Of a stretch of DNA of 64,000 nucleotides, positions 1 to 7,894 are shown in pieces. The notes beneath the pieces are model-generated. The model was not told the DNA's origin and made no database searches. It saw nothing but the letters and a program-made list of their open reading frames with translations. Both the position numbers and the translations under genes were made by a program. Origin of the DNA: a virus; IMG/VR virus record IMGVR_UViG_3300020583_000010, positions 1-64,000 of that record, one strand, 5' to 3'. Position 1 is the first letter of the stretch, and each line of letters starts with the position of its first letter.

Positions 1-56
1 TCGCAGACGCTCTCACTGGCATGAGCTTTGATCCGTGTCTCCTAAGCTAAGCCCGT

Positions 57-113
57 CCGTAAGTAGTACGGTGCTTCGGCAGGCGGCAGAACTACTTACG
101 GTGTTGTCTGCCG
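57..113 (-). ncRNA. Putative H-type pseudoknot in the transcript 3' of the mini-tmRNA
   Basis: Perfect 11-bp pairing 57-67/91-101 is interleaved with a 7-bp pairing 84-90/107-113. Confidence 0.45.
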
Positions 114-127
114 TTTTACGCGGAACG

Positions 128-204
128 TGGACGATTGGGGATTTGAACCCCGCTCCGTGATGTGCCGCGTGCGGCTTTCATCGCGTCGAAACCAGATATC
201 GCCC
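128..204 (-). ncRNA. ssrA-like: tmRNA tRNA-like domain only (mini-tmRNA, no mRNA-like domain)
   Basis: Acceptor GGGCGAT/ATCGTCC has G3-U70 and A73. It has the tmRNA D-loop motif CTGGTTTCGAC, a short P2 helix closed by a small hairpin, a GGA linker and T-arm GGGG-TTCAAAT-CCCC. Total 77 nt. Confidence 0.8.
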
Positions 205-284
205 TTTAGTTGTTCCACCAGAAGCCTATTGAGACTCCCGCGAACAATCTCCCTGGCAAGAGCTGAGGACTTACATCCTCTGCG

Positions 285-356
285 CGATTCGTACGGGTGT
301 TGATCCCGTGACCTCTGGCTTGACAAGCCAGTGCTCTACCGTTGAGCTAACGAACC
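285..356 (-). tRNA. tRNA-Asp(GTC), atypical T-loop ATCAACA
   Basis: Cloverleaf; anticodon arm CTGGC-TTGTCAA-GCCAG; G73. Confidence 0.9.
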
Positions 357-360
357 AAGT

Positions 361-421
361 GTTAAGCCTTTTACCTAGAAACTCAGCCTAGTGATCTGGA
401 ACGCCAGTGGAGTAGCTTAAC
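361..421 (-). ncRNA. Structured inter-tRNA spacer (three-way junction)
   Basis: Closing stem GTTAAGC/GCTTAAC encloses CTGG/CCAG and CTAG/CTAG hairpins. Confidence 0.45.
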
Positions 422-430
422 TGTCCAGCG

Positions 431-501
431 CAGCCTATCCCGGTACTGACCCGAGGACAACAGGTTGAGAACCTGCCGTGTTACCATTACACCAATAGGC
501 C
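431..501 (-). tRNA. tRNA-Glu(CTC), atypical T-loop GTCAGTA
   Basis: Cloverleaf; anticodon arm GCAGG-TTCTCAA-CCTGT. Confidence 0.88.
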
Positions 502-569
502 TTCACTAGGATAACGCGCCTAGTCGCGAGCCGTCACCGCTAGGTGTCACAAGCATGCCTTGTGGAGCG

Positions 570-641
570 CAGTCCCAGAGAGAATTGAACTCTCTCCTTC
601 GGTGTGAAAAACCGAGATCCTAGCCAATAGACGATGGGACC
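570..641 (-). tRNA. tRNA-Glu(TTC)
   Basis: Cloverleaf; TCGGT-TTTTCAC-ACCGA; T-loop TTCAATT. Confidence 0.92.
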
Positions 642-658
642 GTGTTATGAAATTATCG

Positions 659-958
659 TCAGTCTTGCAGAGGAGCCGGACCATTTTCATCGAAACGAAG
701 TTCCCACTTAGATGGCGTAGCCTTTACTGTAGAGCCGCTCAGCGAGCTTACCTTGTCTTGTATGTCATAGCTTACCAGAGCGGCTACTAAGCTGTCAAGT
801 GTTCCTGAGGCCACATGTTCGCGCCATACACCCTCCTCGTTAGGCTCTGGCAGCTCACGGTACAGGCGAAAGCTGTAGGCATCTGCATTGAGAAAGAATG
901 AGTAGGTGTCATTCTTAACCTTGATCACTGTGTACTTCGCGGCATCTGTCGATGTCAT
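659..958 (-). CDS. Hypothetical protein
   Basis: 99-aa ORF with an AGGAG RBS, fills the gap between tRNAs. Confidence 0.75.
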   Translation of the reverse strand: MTSTDAAKYTVIKVKNDTYSFFLNADAYSFRLYRELPEPNEEGVWREHVASGTLDSLVAALVSYDIQDKVSSLSGSTVKATPSKWELRFDENGPAPLQD

Positions 959-1005
959 TTACTCTCCTGTTCGCTGTTCGGGGAACCCCGAACACTAGGT
1001 TAACG

Positions 1006-1078
1006 CGCCCCTGGAGAGATTCGAACTCCCGGCCATGACCATAGAAGGGTCTTGCTCTGTCCGCTGAGCTACAGAGGC
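1006..1078 (-). tRNA. tRNA-Arg(TCT)
   Basis: Cloverleaf; anticodon loop CTTCTAT; T-loop TTCGAAT. Confidence 0.93.
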
Positions 1079-1097
1079 ATAGATATATGCTAGCACA

Positions 1098-1505
1098 TCA
1101 CTCGTCCGTCGTCAAGCCCAACTCTTGTTCCAACTGAGCATTGCGTTCTAACAATGCTGTATAGTCTAGTTTTTTCTCATACTTAGTCTTTGGAGCTGAG
1201 CGATCAAACCATATGGCCAGCAGGCTATGACATACAATTATGGAAATTCCAAGTCCGGTTACCGGCCAGAAAAGCCCGGAAACCAGGCACAGAGTTGTAG
1301 TTTTCTTGGCTTCATACTTAGTGAAGAAAGCTACGGGGTCTCTGACTTTGCTGTATCGGCTATCCATTCCTGACGATATGAAATATCCTAAAGTAGAAAG
1401 TGACTTAATTCTCTGCTCTCGCCTCACATTGAAGAACTGCTTTGCGAAGAATAACACTCCCGCAGAGTAACAAATTCCAAAGAATACAGGAGCTAGAATA
1501 ATCAT
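1098..1505 (-). CDS. Hypothetical membrane protein
   Basis: Two hydrophobic segments (one with LFWP) and a C-terminal coiled coil. Confidence 0.75.
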   Translation of the reverse strand: MIILAPVFFGICYSAGVLFFAKQFFNVRREQRIKSLSTLGYFISSGMDSRYSKVRDPVAFFTKYEAKKTTTLCLVSGLFWPVTGLGISIIVCHSLLAIWFDRSAPKTKYEKKLDYTALLERNAQLEQELGLTTDE

Positions 1506-1582
1506 TTAAAGTACCTTAGTCCTGTTGCTATAATCCCATACACACTGAATAACAGCGCTAGCCCTACTATAAGAAACACCAT
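1502..1582 (-). CDS. Leaderless 26-aa membrane microprotein (MVFLIVGLALLFSVYGIIATGLRYFK)
   Basis: ATG lies 6 nt after a -10 box; the stop overlaps the next start (ATGA); single transmembrane helix. Confidence 0.7.
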   Translation of the reverse strand: MVFLIVGLALLFSVYGIIATGLRYFK

Positions 1583-1588
1583 ATGAGC

Positions 1589-1617
1589 ATGGTATCACAA
1601 CTGGTCAGCAAAGTCAA
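1589..1617 (-). promoter_or_regulatory. Host sigma-A-type promoter
   Basis: TTGACT-N17-TACCAT with TGn extension. Confidence 0.75.
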
Positions 1618-2045
1618 CCCTGGCCGAGGAGAGGAGTGTCCGGAGACGAGATAAGCGTACTCTCAATGATGCGCATCAGCAGAGAAGCCGCCACCTTCTC
1701 GCCGTAGTTGCCTTCATCTTCAGTACCGCCAATAGTGTCTTTGAGAATATCTCGAAGTCTCAAGAGCTCAGATGGCTTAATATCCTCAGCTAGCAGTTTC
1801 TCTAAGAGCGAATCCCGTTCCGCGTAGGCCGCATGCGGCTGGTGTAGCACTTGTGCGAGGTCAAATGCTACGCCTTTCCACACAACATCAACTTTAGTCT
1901 CCAGTATGGCCATCCTGGTAGAGATCTCTATGGCTTCTTGTTGAGCTGCTCGTTCTATTGTTTTCTTGAAGTTGCGCTGAGACAGGTATATAGCACTCAG
2001 CGCCACGATGACGGACAGCACTGTAGCCAGTAGAGATATATCCAT
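1614..2045 (-). CDS. Membrane-anchored hypothetical protein
   Basis: N-terminal transmembrane helix followed by a helical region; coupled to the upstream gene. Confidence 0.75.
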   Translation of the reverse strand: MDISLLATVLSVIVALSAIYLSQRNFKKTIERAAQQEAIEISTRMAILETKVDVVWKGVAFDLAQVLHQPHAAYAERDSLLEKLLAEDIKPSELLRLRDILKDTIGGTEDEGNYGEKVAASLLMRIIESTLISSPDTPLLGQG

Positions 2046-2611
2046 CAGCTTTTGCCGCTCTCTTTAAGAGCATCTCTGAGCTGTTCTTTTATCTGTTTAA
2101 CACGACTGACTCTGGCGATAGCCAAGGTTGTTATAGATGAGGCCAGAGAAATAGCCCTAATCACACAGGCCAGTATAAGAACCATCACGGCTATAGAAGA
2201 CAGAATAGGGTAAATAGCGGGCTCTGGAAGGGATAAGCCCACTGCCAGGGTAGCATAGCAGTAGTAGCTAAACAGAGCAGCATACAGCCACAGACCTGTT
2301 ATCTCAAGTTTCCGTATTGCAAGAAGATTATGCTGAGCCATAGTGGCGAGAGACCAGATAAGGATCACGCTGGCGAACAGCAGTAGGCCAGACCATATGA
2401 ATAGGCCTACAGCACCATGATAGTAAGGAAGAGACAGTTGGTCTAAATGCTGTATATGCTGTAGTATAAGAGCGGCGGAGGACAGCAGCCCGAAGACCAC
2501 CAGAAACACTTCGAACGGCTCTGCCACAAAGCCTGAAGGAGTCAGCAGAAAAGATTTGAAAAATAGCCGCTGATGCAGAGACAGCTTCCCTGGTATAATG
2601 CTATTGCTCAT
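2045..2611 (-). CDS. Four-TM membrane protein (holin candidate)
   Basis: Four hydrophobic segments and a basic C-terminus. Confidence 0.7.
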   Translation of the reverse strand: MSNSIIPGKLSLHQRLFFKSFLLTPSGFVAEPFEVFLVVFGLLSSAALILQHIQHLDQLSLPYYHGAVGLFIWSGLLLFASVILIWSLATMAQHNLLAIRKLEITGLWLYAALFSYYCYATLAVGLSLPEPAIYPILSSIAVMVLILACVIRAISLASSITTLAIARVSRVKQIKEQLRDALKESGKS

Positions 2612-5600
2612 GAGTTTTCACATTCTCTTCGAACTCTTTAATAAGACAAGTATCGGTTTGACAGAAGGATTCACCTATAGCCTCAAGGCCTAAGCCCTGA
2701 TATATACCTGAAAGATCGACTGGCATAAGTTCGAACTCTGCTGCTTCGAAGTCTTCTTCAGAGATATGGGTATAGGGCATTTGCGGGTATACCTTATTTC
2801 CTGAGGGCAGGAAACTTACTGTTTTTAAGCTTCCATCGTACATTTTAAGTATCGTACCCACATGTTCTTTTTCTGTTTCCGGATCAAAAGTCAGAGTAAC
2901 TGAAACAGAGTTGTCAGACCAGTATCTTTGAAGTAGTACAGCAAGGTTAGCTTTCTCGAATAATGAAACATCCTGCTGTGATCTCTTAGCCTGGGACTTG
3001 ATGGGGAAGTAGACAACCACTGTCGTTTCTGGATTGGAGACATCAACTTCTACCTTATAACCGGAGTGCTTGAACAGGAATACCATAGGGTCGTCTTTGG
3101 CGAAACGAACAGCCCTGTTGAAGTATGCGCCGCCAGGACCCCAATGAGCGCCTGGAGAGGACCCCGCAAGAATGGAAACTGTATTATGGGATTTAACAGC
3201 TCCAGCATAGTACCAGTGAGTGTCTTCTACCTCAATGTCAAAAGTATCCATTTCCCCCATTGACTCAACTGCTGTAACTTTGCCAAAAATAGTATTGCAA
3301 CTCGTACGTCGTCTATGAGGAGACCAGGGAAGTTCGGGATGACGAGGATTAGACATTTTCCAACTGTGGCCCGTCATCATATTTAGGCGTTCAGGTACTG
3401 TATCCGGACCTAGACACATTAACCACATTGATTTCTCAGGTTGAAGGTTCTCTCCTTTAGTATTATGCGATCTTCCTAGAACAATGCCTACAGATAGTGC
3501 TACGTCCTGTACATGTCTTGCAAAATTCGCGCTAGCAGTTCCTAATATTATAATGTTCTCTTTTGATCTAGCCGCTACATGGCCATCTGCATCAATCAGT
3601 CCTGCCAAGAAGGCTAAAATAGTTTCATGACTAGAACGTCTAACAACTTCTGGGATTAAGTCAATATCATTAGCAAAATACTTCCATACGCCGTTCTTAA
3701 TCAACCAGTGCCAAAGCATTTTCGAGCCTATATCAAGAGTAAAAGCCCCTTCTCCGTGCTTATGGTGAATACTGGACTTGACTCCAAATACTTCCAAGAG
3801 AATGCGTTGCGCCTTTTCTAGATTTTCTATAATAGCATCTGTAAATCTGAGCCTGTACCTTCCCGGACTCATGGCACCGTCTCCCCATAGATATCCAAGT
3901 AGCCAGCCAATGTCGGGTGTCATAGACACCGGTTGAAGAATCTCTGTAGCGTCTCCACGCATAGATATCGCTCGGGAATCTAGTCTGTCTAATGGCGCTT
4001 CAGTCAAGGAGGTGTACACGCCTGGTATCACTTCTAAAACATCCCCAGACTGAAGTTCATCTGTACGAACCCAGGCATTGACAGTTGTCCATCGTGTTTT
4101 CTTAGATCGGTCATACCTGCGACTTACCCACCAGCGGTGGTTACCTGTACTCCTTACTTCCATTCCATAGGACATACGAACCGAAAAGACTTCGGCCTTT
4201 CCATTATCATAGGTCTTTGTAATTCTAGAAGAAGTGCCGTCTTGAGATGCTGAGTATCCGCTGAAAGGATGCCAAACTTCATTATTACTGTGACCAGAAG
4301 CAGTAAATATTTCTTCTAAGGTAAGAATTCCTTGATCCGTCGTAGTTAGAGCTTCCCACGGGCGGCAGCCACTGGGTTTTACTGTCGTCGTCTTTATGGA
4401 TTCTCGAACACAGAGCCACTCAGAGTACACCTCGTCATAGTACTGTACAGTTGCGTACGTAGAATCAAGCCATTGACGTAATTTGGTCATTCCATTAGTA
4501 TCTGTGAAGTCAGCTACACCCGAGACACTACAGCCGATACGACGATTCCGCTGCATAATGGCATTTGTTTTCTCCCAGTGAGTTGCCATTAGTGTTACTG
4601 TTTTAGCATACAAGAAAGCTAGCTTAGCAGTCTGCTGGAAATCTTTCAGATCTTTATGTCTATTCATGAATAACTCTACAAGAGTACAACACTCTCCTGA
4701 CTCCAATGTTTGCTCTGAGCAGGGGTTATACCCTTTAGCTCTGTGATCTTTGTTATTCACAGGGTCAATTAATCTACCATAGGCGCGGGATACATCCATC
4801 CACACTATGCCCGGTTCCCCATTCAGAGAGATAGCTTCAGTAAGATTAGATAGATCTTGGCCGACTTCTGCTAGTACCGAATTGTTTGAAATCCAGCCCC
4901 AGCCTGACTTACCGGGGTCTTCAGAGTACTTATTGCGAGCTGGGTAAATATCGGGATTCTTGAGATTGTGAAAGTTCTCATCGGTAACCTCACCAAGCAG
5001 TAGTTCAGCACTACGCCTAACATTGCCACTTACGACGCAAACCCCAATAAGGTTTCCTATGTCTGCAATTAATTCAACATCAAGCTCTGAAACTTCACCT
5101 TCTTCTAGGCGAGCTGTGAACAACTCATGCAGTTTCTCATGAAGGCGCTCTAGCGGAGCAGGGCCAGCAGAAGTACCGCCAAATGTCTTTATAAGATCAC
5201 CAGCCGGACGTACCTTAGAAGTGTCAAGGTATAGTAATGGCTTATTCGGCATCAGATAAGACTCAAGAAGTTTCTTGACTGATTCTACCCAACCTTCTCT
5301 AGTATCAGGCACTTGATATACTTCATATTCTGTAAGGCTAGGCTCATAAATTCTTAATCTCTTCTTGGAACCTAGCGTGTCAAATCCCACGCCAATACCG
5401 AGCATACTGGCTTCCATTAGAAATGTAAAAGGGCTTGACGGGTCTGCTCGGGTAATATCTTCGCTAGATATATATGAGCAGTTCTGAAGTGCCGCAGAAT
5501 TTCTATGCTCCATGACCAAAGAAGTACCCATCATCCATAGGCCTCGGCCTGGCGGCAACCATTTGAAATTGAACATACGATCATAGGCATCTTGAGCAGT

Positions 5601-5855
5601 ACGCTGAGCCTTATCAGCTCTCCATGGCAACCTATTCTGACGGCAATGGTCCTTTTGTATGGACATCATGCCCTCTATGACACGCTGGCAGACTTCCCAC
5701 CACTGCTCTTTCGTACCGTCTTCTTTAATCCTGCTGTACGTTCTGAGAAACGTAATCTCACCTAGTGAATTACCTCCGGCATCCTTGAACCCCCAGTCTA
5801 CCGGCTTGTCTTTGTAAGTTTCGATAAAGTCAGTGGGAAGCCGGAAACTGAACAC
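2601..5855 (-). CDS. nrdJ: Class II (B12-dependent) ribonucleotide reductase, intein-containing
   Basis: Motifs RTYSR, PPGRGLW, NPCSE, VKPSG/T and a C-terminal CxxxxC. Confidence 0.95.
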   Translation of the reverse strand: MFSFRLPTDFIETYKDKPVDWGFKDAGGNSLGEITFLRTYSRIKEDGTKEQWWEVCQRVIEGMMSIQKDHCRQNRLPWRADKAQRTAQDAYDRMFNFKWLPPGRGLWMMGTSLVMEHRNSAALQNCSYISSEDITRADPSSPFTFLMEASMLGIGVGFDTLGSKKRLRIYEPSLTEYEVYQVPDTREGWVESVKKLLESYLMPNKPLLYLDTSKVRPAGDLIKTFGGTSAGPAPLERLHEKLHELFTARLEEGEVSELDVELIADIGNLIGVCVVSGNVRRSAELLLGEVTDENFHNLKNPDIYPARNKYSEDPGKSGWGWISNNSVLAEVGQDLSNLTEAISLNGEPGIVWMDVSRAYGRLIDPVNNKDHRAKGYNPCSEQTLESGECCTLVELFMNRHKDLKDFQQTAKLAFLYAKTVTLMATHWEKTNAIMQRNRRIGCSVSGVADFTDTNGMTKLRQWLDSTYATVQYYDEVYSEWLCVRESIKTTTVKPSGCRPWEALTTTDQGILTLEEIFTASGHSNNEVWHPFSGYSASQDGTSSRITKTYDNGKAEVFSVRMSYGMEVRSTGNHRWWVSRRYDRSKKTRWTTVNAWVRTDELQSGDVLEVIPGVYTSLTEAPLDRLDSRAISMRGDATEILQPVSMTPDIGWLLGYLWGDGAMSPGRYRLRFTDAIIENLEKAQRILLEVFGVKSSIHHKHGEGAFTLDIGSKMLWHWLIKNGVWKYFANDIDLIPEVVRRSSHETILAFLAGLIDADGHVAARSKENIIILGTASANFARHVQDVALSVGIVLGRSHNTKGENLQPEKSMWLMCLGPDTVPERLNMMTGHSWKMSNPRHPELPWSPHRRRTSCNTIFGKVTAVESMGEMDTFDIEVEDTHWYYAGAVKSHNTVSILAGSSPGAHWGPGGAYFNRAVRFAKDDPMVFLFKHSGYKVEVDVSNPETTVVVYFPIKSQAKRSQQDVSLFEKANLAVLLQRYWSDNSVSVTLTFDPETEKEHVGTILKMYDGSLKTVSFLPSGNKVYPQMPYTHISEEDFEAAEFELMPVDLSGIYQGLGLEAIGESFCQTDTCLIKEFEENVKTHEQ
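3183..4367 (-). mobile_element. Intein with LAGLIDADG homing endonuclease in NrdJ (395 aa)
   Basis: KPSG|CRPWEA...KSHN|TVS junctions; LLGYLWGDG and FLAGLIDADG blocks. Confidence 0.93.
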
Positions 5856-5892
5856 AGAAATGTCCTCTTTTTAGATTGGAAGGTGCTACTAA

Positions 5893-5900
5893 ATAATCGA
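5893..5900 (-). promoter_or_regulatory. Putative phage-sigma promoter motif (TCGATTAT)
   Basis: Member of the recurring intergenic YCGATKAT family; upstream of nrdJ. Confidence 0.55.
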
Positions 5901-5930
5901 CGTTCTTAACCCATTTAACACCCTACTGGG

Positions 5931-6131
5931 TTAATCTTCACCTAAACATTCACTAACTTCTCGTCGGTCCACATTGTTCCAGCGTATCTCTTCCCAGCAA
6001 TTCTCCACACTGCACTCATCATCCCCGTAGCAAGTGCCGCAAGACTCACACCAACCATCGCAGTTGAAGCCTTCAGTATCAGAGATATAACCCTGACAAC
6101 CACTGGGATCTTTACAGGTCATAATAGTCAT
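5931..6131 (-). CDS. Small Cys-rich (Zn-binding) protein
   Basis: Multiple CxxC-like motifs; overlaps the upstream gene. Confidence 0.6.
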   Translation of the reverse strand: MTIMTCKDPSGCQGYISDTEGFNCDGWCESCGTCYGDDECSVENCWEEIRWNNVDRREVSECLGED

Positions 6132-6366
6132 GCTCCAAGATATACGTCCGGAACCAGGTTACCGCCTCAATCATATCCTGTACTGTAGCCTGATGAGAAC
6201 CAGGCCACCCCGGAGTGTTAATGTGATCAAACCTGTCTAGAATGGTCAACTGGATGAGGCCGATATCCCAGCCGTCATCCATGAGGGTCCCGAATAGCTC
6301 GCTGGGAGGAAGCCTGTAAAGTACTTCTAGGAAACGTCCTAGCATGCTGTACAAGGTCTCTGTCAT
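6112..6366 (-). CDS. Hypothetical protein
   Basis: Tightly packed minus-strand ORF. Confidence 0.7.
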   Translation of the reverse strand: MTETLYSMLGRFLEVLYRLPPSELFGTLMDDGWDIGLIQLTILDRFDHINTPGWPGSHQATVQDMIEAVTWFRTYILEHDYYDL

Positions 6367-6369
6367 AGT

Positions 6370-6681
6370 TTAATCTTCGGTATTGCTATCTTCTCGTGCC
6401 TTGTTTAGGTCTGGCAACTCCAACACTCTCTCATAAGCATACCTGGAGCTACTAGGATCTTCATCGTGCCACTCAATTGCACGCTCCTCTATGGGGGTGT
6501 CTCCGTAGTAGCCCTTAGTAGCCCAGAACCAGCCCGGCTTGAATGGCTTCTCAGTAACAACGATTGACACATCATACTTATCTCGTTCAAAGACTAATAT
6601 ATCGGCAGCGTTGGTTATCCTGATGGAGAAGGAGTCCCCCGCAAGAGAGTAAGCGGAGAAGGGATTAATAAACTCGGTCAT
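6370..6681 (-). CDS. Hypothetical protein
   Basis: ATGA overlap with the upstream gene. Confidence 0.7.
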   Translation of the reverse strand: MTEFINPFSAYSLAGDSFSIRITNAADILVFERDKYDVSIVVTEKPFKPGWFWATKGYYGDTPIEERAIEWHDEDPSSSRYAYERVLELPDLNKAREDSNTED

Positions 6682-6992
6682 AGTTTATAGAAACTCACAT
6701 TCTTCAGAGTAGGGTTACCACACTTCAAGCAGTGAAGCTTTTGTCTAGGAAACCTAGACAAGAATTTACTTATCTTCCAGGCTATTCGCAATAGACGGGT
6801 GTGCTTATTGCATAGATATACGGTGTCTCCATCGTGTTCACACCCTTGATACGAGAATACAGCAGCCCAAGTCGCTTTGCTGCTGCAAGTATACCCGGGC
6901 AAGAGCATGCCGAACTCACATACCTTGTCTAGATCATAGTCCTCTAAGAGGTCTATGTCAATACCTACATCAGGAACAACTAGAGTATCCAC
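6678..6992 (-). CDS. Zn-finger protein starting at GTG directly after tRNA-Gly (paralog of 13708-13992)
   Basis: Pattern CE..C...A.W..CEH..LC..H..CxxC. The longer ORF-track start at 7106 overlaps a tRNA. Confidence 0.7.
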   Translation of the reverse strand: MDTLVVPDVGIDIDLLEDYDLDKVCEFGMLLPGYTCSSKATWAAVFSYQGCEHDGDTVYLCNKHTRLLRIAWKISKFLSRFPRQKLHCLKCGNPTLKNVSFYKL

Positions 6993-6993
6993 G

Positions 6994-7065
6994 AGCTTCA
7001 TGCCGGACACGATCCGGCGACTACACTTTGGAAGAGTGTCATGTTTCCAACTACACCAATGAAGC
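6994..7065 (-). tRNA. tRNA-Gly(TCC), atypical T-loop ATCGTGT
   Basis: Acceptor GCTTCAT/ATGAAGC with U73; ACACT-CTTCCAA-AGTGT; T-stem GCCGG/CCGGC. Confidence 0.88.
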
Positions 7066-7068
7066 AAG

Positions 7069-7158
7069 CCCTCGGTGCTCCGCAGTTCGTGGCCGCAGAC
7101 CGACACCGAGGGGTGTGTCAGCCCGAAAGACGTTTAGGTACCCATCAATCCTTCAGGC
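7069..7158 (-). ncRNA. Structured spacer RNA (two long hairpins)
   Basis: 11-bp stem 7148-7158/7121-7131 begins at trailer position 75; 9-bp stem 7104-7112/7069-7077. Confidence 0.5.
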
Positions 7159-7159
7159 G

Positions 7160-7233
7160 TATCCCTAGAGAGATTCGAACTCCCGACCTGTTGATTCGTA
7201 ATCAACTGCTCTAATCCACTGAGCTATAGAGAT
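7160..7233 (-). tRNA. tRNA-Arg(ACG)
   Basis: GTTGA-TTACGAA-TCAAC; canonical T-arm. Confidence 0.95.
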
Positions 7234-7238
7234 ATTGT

Positions 7239-7294
7239 GATAGACCACAGTCTGCTTACGCCACCGCAGTGGATCAGCGAATCTATAGCCTATC
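7239..7294 (-). ncRNA. Structured spacer RNA
   Basis: 12-bp stem (with GU pairs) begins at trailer position 75 of tRNA-Phe; internal CCAC/GTGG hairpin. Confidence 0.5.
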
Positions 7295-7295
7295 G

Positions 7296-7368
7296 CGCGT
7301 CCACTAGGAATCGGACCTAGTTCTCCAGGGCTTCAACCCGGCGCTTGAACCATTTCAGCTTTGGACAC
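7296..7368 (-). tRNA. tRNA-Phe(GAA), T-loop TCCGATT
   Basis: CCGGG-TTGAAGC-CCTGG. Confidence 0.88.
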
Positions 7369-7372
7369 TCAG

Positions 7373-7444
7373 TTGGCGGCCAAGGAATCGAACCTTGTAC
7401 ACACTCCGTATCAGAGAGCTGCTCTACCATTGAGCTAGCCACCA
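7373..7444 (-). tRNA. tRNA-Ile(GAT)
   Basis: GCTCT-CTGATAC-GGAGT; canonical T-arm. Confidence 0.92.
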
Positions 7445-7445
7445 T

Positions 7446-7521
7446 TGGGGTGAGATGCCGGTACCGACCCGTGCGTCTCTTGAGTCACAGTCAAGGATTC
7501 TACCTTTGAACTAATCTCACC
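7446..7521 (-). tRNA. tRNA-His(GTG), G-1 and CCA encoded, T-loop GTCGGTA
   Basis: CTTGA-CTGTGAC-TCAAG; G-1:C73 pair. Confidence 0.88.
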
Positions 7522-7522
7522 G

Positions 7523-7601
7523 AACGATCTGAAAGAGTCGAACTTTTTACCACGTGGGTTGCAACCACGCCCCAGCTGCCCGCTAAGTTAGGTCAGACCG
7601 C
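7523..7601 (-). tRNA. tRNA-Cys(GCA) with enlarged D-arm
   Basis: CGTGG-TTGCAAC-CCACG; U73; T-loop TTCGACT. Confidence 0.8.
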
Positions 7602-7617
7602 ATTATTAAGTTATCCG

Positions 7618-7690
7618 TACGCCCACTCAGATTCGAACTGAGGTCTCGTAGATTAAAAGTCTAGTACACTGACCACTGTGCTATAGGCGC
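7618..7690 (-). tRNA. tRNA-Lys(TTT)
   Basis: Anticodon loop CTTTTAA; canonical T-arm. Confidence 0.92.
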
Positions 7691-7711
7691 GCTAGTTCTA
7701 TTTAATTATCG

Positions 7712-7784
7712 TACACCCAGAGGGACTCGAACCCCCGACCCGAAGATTAAGAATCTCCTACTCTACCAACTGAGCTATAGGTGC
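7712..7784 (-). tRNA. tRNA-Lys(CTT)
   Basis: Anticodon loop TTCTTAA; canonical T-arm. Confidence 0.95.
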
Positions 7785-7836
7785 AAGTGTCCATGTAGAC
7801 GACCCTGGTCGTGGTACCTTGTCGGCCTTCTACTTC

Positions 7837-7865
7837 ATCTTACCACATGACCACACCCTGGGCAA
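7837..7865 (-). promoter_or_regulatory. Host sigma-A-type promoter for the tRNA array
   Basis: TTGCCC-N17-TAAGAT with TGn. Confidence 0.7.
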
Positions 7866-7894
7866 GACTTATTTCTCTGGCTAGGACTGAGCCA

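Noticed and set aside
96-326. 76-aa minus-strand ORF
   Set aside because: It overlaps the mini-tmRNA and tRNA-Asp.
6993-7145. ORF start at 7106 and an apparent ATG-GGT-ACC-TAA minigene or readthrough at 7145
   Set aside because: The region is tRNA-Gly plus two RNA hairpins, so the coding reading is incidental.
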